A stretch of 64,000 nt of DNA from assembly GCA_963663115.2 (NCBI GenBank), contig CAXXNE010000001.1:81862-145861 (forward strand), in the 5' to 3' direction. Positions within the stretch are counted from its first letter, which is position 1, and the number at the start of each line of letters is the position of its first letter. Positions 57,656 to 64,000 of this stretch are shown one piece after another. The notes under the pieces are model-generated. The model made no database searches and had not been told where the DNA came from. It saw only the letters and a program-made list of their open reading frames with translations. The position numbers were made by a program, and so were the translations under genes. The stretch is from an uncultured Paludibacter sp. (GTDB taxonomy: Bacteria; Bacteroidota; Bacteroidia; Bacteroidales; Paludibacteraceae).

Positions 57656-57792
57656 TTTCTTGTATTTTTATTTTCGTTAATTAGAAACAGTTTATGTTAC
57701 CTTTTAAAGTAAATTTTCTGATTTTTTACGGCGCAAAGATAGTGTTTTTTACAATTTAACCGAAATAAACTGCATATTTTACTCAAATTTGT

Positions 57793-57821
57793 GCAAAAAA
57801 AAGTATCCGCTTCCGGATACT
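57793..57821 (-). terminator. Rho-independent terminator downstream of the Big_2 lipoprotein gene
   Basis: Stem AGTATCCG / CGGATACT with loop CTTC. T8 follows on the minus strand (A8 at 57793-57800 on the plus strand). Confidence 0.75.
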
Positions 57822-57844
57822 TTCTTATCTGATTTCAGTTGAAA

Positions 57845-58681
57845 TTAATGTTTTAAAAACTTAACAGGTTGCTTTATATTATTCATTTTCAATGCTGAAC
57901 GATTCATTTTTAGTTGTTTTGGAGCACCAGATTGTTGTGTAACATCAACATAAGTGAGTTTACCAAGATATGAACCATTGATAGTATTACCATAATAATC
58001 CACAAAATCATAATCGATGCTGTAAACGCCCGAATTTACTGTCAATACTGCCGATCCGGAAGCCACATCGTTGTATGAATTTCCAAAATACCATGTTCCC
58101 CACGGACTGCCATTATCGTCAACCCAGGCAGGAACCAATGAACCTGCTGCCAACGATTCGTTTACTTCATAAACACCGTTCGGAATACTGTCGGTAAACG
58201 TTGTATCCGTATTAAATTCCAGATACATAAATTCGCCATCGCCGGTTAAATCTTCCATATTAATTCCATTACTGGCAATACATACAGTAAAATTATGTGC
58301 ATTTCCTGTAGTGTAAATATCTCCCCAATACCATAATTCACCTTTAGTTAATTGTGGTAAAATTTTATCATCGACAGTGATTGTACAACTTGCTGATTTA
58401 TCGCCAGCCTGCGCAGTAATCACAGCTGTACCTTTTTTTATGGCTTCAATTTCGCCATTAACTACTTTAACCACACTTGTATTATTCGAAACCCAAACAA
58501 TGGAGGGAACGATATTACCATCGTATGTAATTTCAGTGAAAAGAGAATCAACCTGACCGATAACCATTTTTTTAGTAGCTGAGTCAAGTGTAATGTTTGT
58601 TACTTTATTTGTTTCGCACGACGAAAAAATAAAAACGGATAAAATGCTTAAAACTAAAGCAGGTTTTAAAAGATGTTTCAT
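57845..58681 (-). CDS. lipoprotein with a bacterial Ig-like (Big_2) domain
   Basis: Lipobox IFSSC, and a Big_2-like segment ITLDSATKKMVIGQVDSL...TAVITAQAGDKSASCTITV. Confidence 0.65.
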   Translation of the reverse strand: MKHLLKPALVLSILSVFIFSSCETNKVTNITLDSATKKMVIGQVDSLFTEITYDGNIVPSIVWVSNNTSVVKVVNGEIEAIKKGTAVITAQAGDKSASCTITVDDKILPQLTKGELWYWGDIYTTGNAHNFTVCIASNGINMEDLTGDGEFMYLEFNTDTTFTDSIPNGVYEVNESLAAGSLVPAWVDDNGSPWGTWYFGNSYNDVASGSAVLTVNSGVYSIDYDFVDYYGNTINGSYLGKLTYVDVTQQSGAPKQLKMNRSALKMNNIKQPVKFLKH

Positions 58682-58727
58682 AAATTTTATTTTAATAGTT
58701 ATTTGAAATTCAGTTTATTATATGTTT

Positions 58728-58765
58728 TCAGAAAAGAAATGCCGGAATTTTACTACCGGCATTTC
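58728..58765 (-). terminator. terminator downstream of rho
   Basis: A 10-bp stem GAAATGCCGG / CCGGCATTTC (58736-58745, 58756-58765). TTTTCT follows on the minus strand. Confidence 0.6.
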
Positions 58766-58785
58766 AAATTCATTTAATTTCAGTA

Positions 58786-60606
58786 TTAGCCGTTCATCGA
58801 AACCAGAAACTCATCATTATTATTTGTTCGTTCCATACGGTCTCTGAGGAATTCCATCGCTTCAATAGAGTTCATATCCGACAAATGGCGACGGAGAATC
58901 CACATACGGTTCAACGTATCCTGATCAAGCAACAAATCGTCGCGACGTGTACTCGAAGCCATAATATCCACAGCAGGAAAAATACGTTTATTGGACAACT
59001 TACGGTCGAGTTGCAATTCCATATTACCGGTACCTTTAAATTCTTCGAAAATTACTTCATCCATTTTCGAGCCTGTTTCGGTCAGTGCCGTAGCAATAAT
59101 GGTCAAACTTCCACCGTTTTCTATATTACGGGCAGCACCGAAGAATCTTTTTGGTTTGTGCAATGCATTGGCATCTACCCCACCCGACAGAATTTTACCG
59201 GAAGCGGGAGCTACAGTGTTGTAAGCACGTGCTAAGCGGGTTATGGAATCGAGAAGGATAACCACATCGTGTCCGCATTCCACCATTCGTTTGGCTTTTT
59301 CGTGAACCATACTTGCCACTTTTACGTGACGCTCTGCAGGTTCATCGAATGTTGAAGAAACAACTTCGGCATTTACGCTGCGACACATATCAGTTACCTC
59401 TTCAGGACGTTCATCAATCAGTAATACAATCATATACACTTCAGGATGATTTGCAGCAATGGCATTGGCAATATCTTTCAACAAAACTGTTTTACCTGTT
59501 TTTGGTTGAGCCACAATTAATCCACGCTGACCTTTACCGATAGGAGAAAATAAATCAACAATACGTGTTGATAATGTATCGCGACGACCTGTAGTCAGGC
59601 TGAATTTTTCGTCAGGAAAAAGTGGTGTCAGGTGCTCGAAAGGTACACGGTCGCGTACATATTCGGGTGAACGACCATTTATTTTGTTTACTTTAATCAG
59701 CGGGAAGTATTTTTCACCTTCTTTGGGAGGACGAATTGCACCGTTAACTGTATCACCGGTTTTAAGTCCGAAGAGTTTAATCTGCGATTGTGACACATAA
59801 ATATCGTCGGGCGAAGAGAAATAATTATAATCGGCAGAGCGTAGGAAACCATAACCATCGGCCATCATTTCCAGAGTGCCTGTACCTTCAAGAATTCCAT
59901 CGAAATCGAATTGTTTTTCAGGTTTTTCGGGACGTTGTGTATTGAATTTACGGGTGCTATTATTCTGATTGTTTTGATTATTGGGTTGATTTTTCTGGAA
60001 CCGAGCATCGCCATTTGGAGCTTTTACTTCCTCATTAACAGATTCTTCCGAAACTTCAGCAGCAGGAGCATTTTCAACTTCAGCTTCTACAGGTGTTTCC
60101 ACAATATCAATTGATTCATCCTTGTGGTCTTCTTGCTTGATGATTTCTTCATCAACCACATGTTGTACTTTGGGTTTTGCTTTTAATTCAACTTTGGGTT
60201 GAGTTTCTTCGGTAGATTCCTGCGTTTTTTTGGGCGCTTGCTTTTGCTTCGGATTTTTCTTTTTTGCCGGTTTTGCTTCCTCGGCAATTGCAACAGGTGC
60301 ATCTGTTTTTACTTCAACCTTTTCAGGGGCAGATACCGTTTCTTTTGCTTCAGCGGGTTTAACAAGTGGTTTCTGATCGGTATTTTTTTTCACCTGAACC
60401 CTCATTCTTTTTTTGCGATCTTCGGGTTGTTCTACTACTGCTGCCGCCTTGCGTTGTGAACCAACTACTGCCTGTTCATCTAAAATGGCATAAATCATTT
60501 GGTTTTTCGACATTGAATTAGGAATTTTAACACCTAATTCTGCTGCAATTTCGCGCAGCTCGGTTTCTGTTTTTGCATTAAGTTGCAAAATGTTGAAATT
60601 ACTCAT
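58786..60606 (-). CDS. rho: transcription termination factor Rho with a ~190-aa low-complexity N-terminal insertion
   Basis: Canonical N-terminal helix bundle, an RNA-binding CSD region ([10 protein letters not shown]), Walker A (AQPKTGKT) and the C-terminal ATPase. The insertion spans roughly residues 45-235. Confidence 0.95.
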   Translation of the reverse strand: MSNFNILQLNAKTETELREIAAELGVKIPNSMSKNQMIYAILDEQAVVGSQRKAAAVVEQPEDRKKRMRVQVKKNTDQKPLVKPAEAKETVSAPEKVEVKTDAPVAIAEEAKPAKKKNPKQKQAPKKTQESTEETQPKVELKAKPKVQHVVDEEIIKQEDHKDESIDIVETPVEAEVENAPAAEVSEESVNEEVKAPNGDARFQKNQPNNQNNQNNSTRKFNTQRPEKPEKQFDFDGILEGTGTLEMMADGYGFLRSADYNYFSSPDDIYVSQSQIKLFGLKTGDTVNGAIRPPKEGEKYFPLIKVNKINGRSPEYVRDRVPFEHLTPLFPDEKFSLTTGRRDTLSTRIVDLFSPIGKGQRGLIVAQPKTGKTVLLKDIANAIAANHPEVYMIVLLIDERPEEVTDMCRSVNAEVVSSTFDEPAERHVKVASMVHEKAKRMVECGHDVVILLDSITRLARAYNTVAPASGKILSGGVDANALHKPKRFFGAARNIENGGSLTIIATALTETGSKMDEVIFEEFKGTGNMELQLDRKLSNKRIFPAVDIMASSTRRDDLLLDQDTLNRMWILRRHLSDMNSIEAMEFLRDRMERTNNNDEFLVSMNG

Positions 60607-60979
60607 AAGGTAATAATTAAACGTTTAAAAGGTAGTGATTCCACAACGGGAAATAAAAATGAAACGTTTTTGAATAAATTTTAATTGGATAATTTTATAA
60701 TGAAATATTTTTGATTTCGGCGACCGATAAACAAAACAGACAACAATCTGCAAAATTTACTATAAAATTCGAGTAAAACTTTGTGTTGATTTGCTACGGA
60801 TTGTATCTGACGTGGTTTCGTAATAAAGCAGGACGCTTCTCTGACCGGAAAACATTACAAAGGTAAATGTTTTTTTGTAAAACCAAAACTTTCGCTGATT
60901 TTTTTTAATATTTCATTGCAAAATACTGAAAAATAAACAAAAAGCAGCTGATAATGCATAGCTTATAGCAGTTTTGGTT

Positions 60980-60987
60980 TACTTTTG
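60980..60987 (+). promoter_or_regulatory. candidate -7 box TACTTTTG
   Basis: TAnnTTTG match 26 nt upstream of the ATG at 61013. Confidence 0.4.
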
Positions 60988-61012
60988 AACAGAAAATTCA
61001 TACTAAATAATT

Positions 61013-61918
61013 ATGAAACGACTTATTTATCTTTTTATCTTTACAGTTACAGCATTTACGGTTCAGGCACAGCTTCTGTGGAAAGTTACCGGAAACAATC
61101 TAAAGAAACCTTCCTACATATTTGGTACTCATCATCTAATTCCTGCCTCGTATCTCGATAGTATTCAGGGTGTTTATAAATGTTTTAACAACTGCGATGT
61201 GGTTGTGGGTGAAGTAATTATAAACTCCGTTGATGCCGGTGATGTTATTCTGAAAAAAGCATTGCTTCCCAAAGATAAAACTATTCGCGACTATGTTACC
61301 GATGAAGAGTACAAATTGATTGACAACGAATTAAATAATATTCTGAAAATTAAACTGAGCAAACTTTCCACACTGAAACCTTACTATCTATTGATGATGT
61401 ATGAACTGGAATCTTACAAAAACATCATGAAAAACGAAGATGAAATTCAGATAGATTCTTATTTTCAGCTGGTTGCAAACGACAAAAATAAAAGCGTAGT
61501 GGGACTCGAAACTATTGATAAACAATTGGAATTACTGTACGATTCTATTGACCTGAACCGTCAGGCGCAAATGCTTGTGGAAACCGTGCGTAATAAAGAT
61601 AGTATTAAAAATGATGTATTGCTACTGGAAAAACTTTACAAAGCCGGTGATTTGGATGGTTTATTGGCATTAGCCGGCAAAGAAAACAATATTTCTGATT
61701 TAAATTCCACAGAATACCGCATGTTTGTTGATGATTGTAATGCAAATTGGGCAAAACAATTACCTCTTCTAATGGAAAAAAACAGTTGTTTTATAGCCGT
61801 TGGTGCAATGCATTTAGCCGGCGATAAAGGTATTTTACAACTGCTGCGAAAATTCGGTTATGTTGTAAAACCGGTGGAGAAACCTAAAAATGAGAAATTA
61901 AGAACCAACGGTCAGTGA
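61013..61918 (+). CDS. TraB/GumN-family protein
   Basis: Signal peptide plus LWKVTGNNLKKPSYIFGTHHLIP, the TraB/GumN N-terminal signature. Confidence 0.75.
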   Translation: MKRLIYLFIFTVTAFTVQAQLLWKVTGNNLKKPSYIFGTHHLIPASYLDSIQGVYKCFNNCDVVVGEVIINSVDAGDVILKKALLPKDKTIRDYVTDEEYKLIDNELNNILKIKLSKLSTLKPYYLLMMYELESYKNIMKNEDEIQIDSYFQLVANDKNKSVVGLETIDKQLELLYDSIDLNRQAQMLVETVRNKDSIKNDVLLLEKLYKAGDLDGLLALAGKENNISDLNSTEYRMFVDDCNANWAKQLPLLMEKNSCFIAVGAMHLAGDKGILQLLRKFGYVVKPVEKPKNEKLRTNGQ

Positions 61919-61944
61919 CCGAAGGGAGATAAAATAGAAATTCT

Positions 61945-63201
61945 TTATTCTTTTCCTCTCAACAAATTAATATCTCCTTTTAATTTATAGGGCATCCCAT
62001 CAGCTCCCAATGCTTTAATAACATAGAAATATGGACCGGGAGATGCAGGAGCTCCGTTTATAGTTCCGTCCCACCCTTTTTGCGGATTATTCCAGTAATA
62101 TACTTTGCGTCCCCAGCGGTTATAAACCCAACACTGAAAGCTAACCAGTGATTTATATCCCACTCTGAATTCATCGTTTTGCCCATCTCCGTTTGGTGTA
62201 AACACGTTTGGAACAGAGATTCCAGAAGTTGAGATGTTGACAGTCATGGAATCGGCAGTGCTGCAATAATCATTCGAAGTTATTAGTTTCACTTTATACA
62301 CACCTGCATCAACAAAAGTAAAACGGTGATCCACATCATTTCGGTCGACAATAAGTTCTTCCCCTTTGTGAATTGTCCATTTATAATACAATGGTACAGG
62401 GACATTTCCGTTACTTTTAAAAAATAATTCCAGTGGCGAAGAACCAGATATGGCACTTAACTGATCAGGACGTTCGCCTTCATTTTTCTCCAAACGGGTT
62501 ACGGCTTCGGTAGTTATATGACAACCTACTGCAACTGCGCTATAAAATTTTGACATAAATTCAAAAGGCTGAAGACCAAGTTCATTTGCCCACTGATCGC
62601 CTTTCAGAGTAAAATAAGTATCACACAAAGGAGCTTCATCTACAAGTAACGTAGTTTTTGGCAATTGTACGTTCATCGTTCTTTCAGCCGGATTCCATTT
62701 GTCCGACCAATCCAATGTACTGTATTTCAGTGTAAAATTTCTGTCCAGTTTATAGCTCTGACCAGTGGGAGTTTTGTAAGTCATTTCAGGAATCAGCGCA
62801 TCTAATAACAAATTCAGACTTTCGCACTGATTTTGAGGAGCGTCTTCGGCAACCAGCGAAGTAAATACCGGCAAGTATTTTTTATAATCGAAAACCCATA
62901 TATACGTCAATTTTCCATTTACATCCAAAATATATCCTTTGGCATCTTCGGGCTGATAAAATTTGCTTGTTCCTGAACTAACCGGCGTTGTCGGATTATC
63001 GAAGGTATACCAAATAGCATCGTCGGAACCTGCATCGAATTCAGTAGTATTTTCAATACCGTTAAATATGTAGATGTTGATTTTGAAACTGTTTTTTGTG
63101 ACGCTGAAACTGTAAAATTTCGCATCGTCGAGTGCTGTAAGCTGAGCTTTAAGTCCGCAATTGGCTAATATTAATAGAAGCAGAAAAACTATTTTCTTCA
63201 T
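61945..63201 (-). CDS. secreted protein with a T9SS type-B sorting (gliding-motility C-terminal) domain
   Basis: Signal peptide plus C-terminal NVFTPNGDGQNDEF...WDG...GPYFYV, the type-B CTD motif. Confidence 0.8.
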   Translation of the reverse strand: MKKIVFLLLLILANCGLKAQLTALDDAKFYSFSVTKNSFKINIYIFNGIENTTEFDAGSDDAIWYTFDNPTTPVSSGTSKFYQPEDAKGYILDVNGKLTYIWVFDYKKYLPVFTSLVAEDAPQNQCESLNLLLDALIPEMTYKTPTGQSYKLDRNFTLKYSTLDWSDKWNPAERTMNVQLPKTTLLVDEAPLCDTYFTLKGDQWANELGLQPFEFMSKFYSAVAVGCHITTEAVTRLEKNEGERPDQLSAISGSSPLELFFKSNGNVPVPLYYKWTIHKGEELIVDRNDVDHRFTFVDAGVYKVKLITSNDYCSTADSMTVNISTSGISVPNVFTPNGDGQNDEFRVGYKSLVSFQCWVYNRWGRKVYYWNNPQKGWDGTINGAPASPGPYFYVIKALGADGMPYKLKGDINLLRGKE

Positions 63202-63306
63202 GAAAAGTGCTGAATGTTTATTAATTGCAAATGTACATCTTTCTTATCAAAAACAAAAAAATTGTGCATTTATTGCTGTGTTTCTTCCACGGCTTTTATT
63301 TTTTTG

Positions 63307-63314
63307 TAAATTTG
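63307..63314 (+). promoter_or_regulatory. candidate -7 box TAAATTTG
   Basis: TAnnTTTG match 84 nt upstream of the ATG at 63398. Confidence 0.3.
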
Positions 63315-63397
63315 CAGGATAAAATACCGGTTCGGCTCTTGTTAAAATTGCAAAAACCGCTTCAAACCACACTATACAATTGAAGGAACTAAAAAAC

Positions 63398-64000
63398 ATG
63401 CAAATGAAAAACATCAGATTCAGTGTATTACTTATTTCATTGTTAGTATCTTTTCTGAGTCAGGCGCAGATTCCTGAAAACTTAGCAGTAAAAAAAATCA
63501 ACGGTAAAGAATATTATCAGTACACAGTACAAGCTGGTGAGGGGCTTTATGGATTGAGTAAACGATTTAGCGTGACGCAGGAGGAAATTATTCAGGCCAA
63601 TCCCGATGTAGCAAGCGGACTTAAAAACGGACAGCTTCTGCTGATACCGGTTTCGAAAAATAAAACCACTGAAAAACCGCTCGTAAAAAATGAACCTGTG
63701 CAACAGCAAACTGAAATCAAATTTATTGAGCATAAAGTTGAAAAGAAACAAACCCTGTTTGCTATTTCCCGAAAATATGATGTAAATCAGGAAGATATAA
63801 AAAAATACAATCCTGAAGTTGAAAAAGGTTTGAAAGAAGGAATGATATTAAAAATACCAAAAGTTACGGTGGTTAGTCAGAATACAAAACCTATTGAAAA
63901 ACAAACAACTACTCCTGTAAAACCAAACAATCAGACAAAAAAGAATACGGTTAAACCATCGAAAGACCAATTTGTGATCCATGTGGTGAAAGCAAAAGAA
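63398..64000 (+). CDS. LysM-repeat protein, 5' partial (runs off the window)
   Basis: Not in the ORF track because no stop is reached. My translation is MQMKNIRFSVLLISLLVSFLSQAQ..YQYTVQAGEGLYGLSKRFSVTQEEIIQANP...HKVEKKQTLFAISRKYDVNQEDIKKYNP..., which shows at least two complete LysM motifs. The frame stays open for 201 codons. Confidence 0.75.
   Translation, partial: MQMKNIRFSVLLISLLVSFLSQAQIPENLAVKKINGKEYYQYTVQAGEGLYGLSKRFSVTQEEIIQANPDVASGLKNGQLLLIPVSKNKTTEKPLVKNEPVQQQTEIKFIEHKVEKKQTLFAISRKYDVNQEDIKKYNPEVEKGLKEGMILKIPKVTVVSQNTKPIEKQTTTPVKPNNQTKKNTVKPSKDQFVIHVVKAKE

Overview
The window is Bacteroidota-like: UpxY/NusG-type antiterminator, AraC-type hybrid two-component sensor, T9SS type-B sorting domain, Rho with a long N-terminal insertion, TAnnTTTG -7 boxes. 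Three parts are visible. (1) 1-28.9 kb is a minus-strand Wzx/Wzy polysaccharide biosynthesis operon. It carries CDP-dideoxyhexose genes rfbF-rfbG-rfbH plus paratose-synthase-like and tyvelose-epimerase-like genes, glf, wzx, wzy, a sugar aminotransferase with WbqC, two pyruvyl transferases, an acetyltransferase and about 8 glycosyltransferases. Its 3' end decays into toxin-antitoxin cassettes and gene stubs. The operon carries an IS4-family insertion, a GIY-YIG cassette and a glycosyltransferase with a perfect (AAT)55 poly-Asn tract. (2) 29.4-39.3 kb holds about 5.6 kb of modular, nested hairpin repeats. They enclose three small islets (AbiEii pair, LuxR plus unknown gene, MNT-HEPN) and end in a 4x tandem terminator array. 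This block separates the operon from two outer-membrane protein genes and from the export/regulatory genes (BY-kinase, Wza, UpxY; 42.2-46.4 kb). (3) 47-64 kb is housekeeping: ruvX, def, HTCS, uxaA, uxaB, fabG, rho, TraB/GumN, T9SS and LysM proteins. No rRNA, tRNA, CRISPR or cas genes were seen. The most unusual signals are the repeat nest with a hairpin-loop-targeting 18-bp palindrome, G- or C-depleted octamer-periodic spacers, arrays of GNA-triloop mini-hairpins, and several precisely reconstructable insertion events. All calls rest on reading the sequence and ORF translations; no database search was run.
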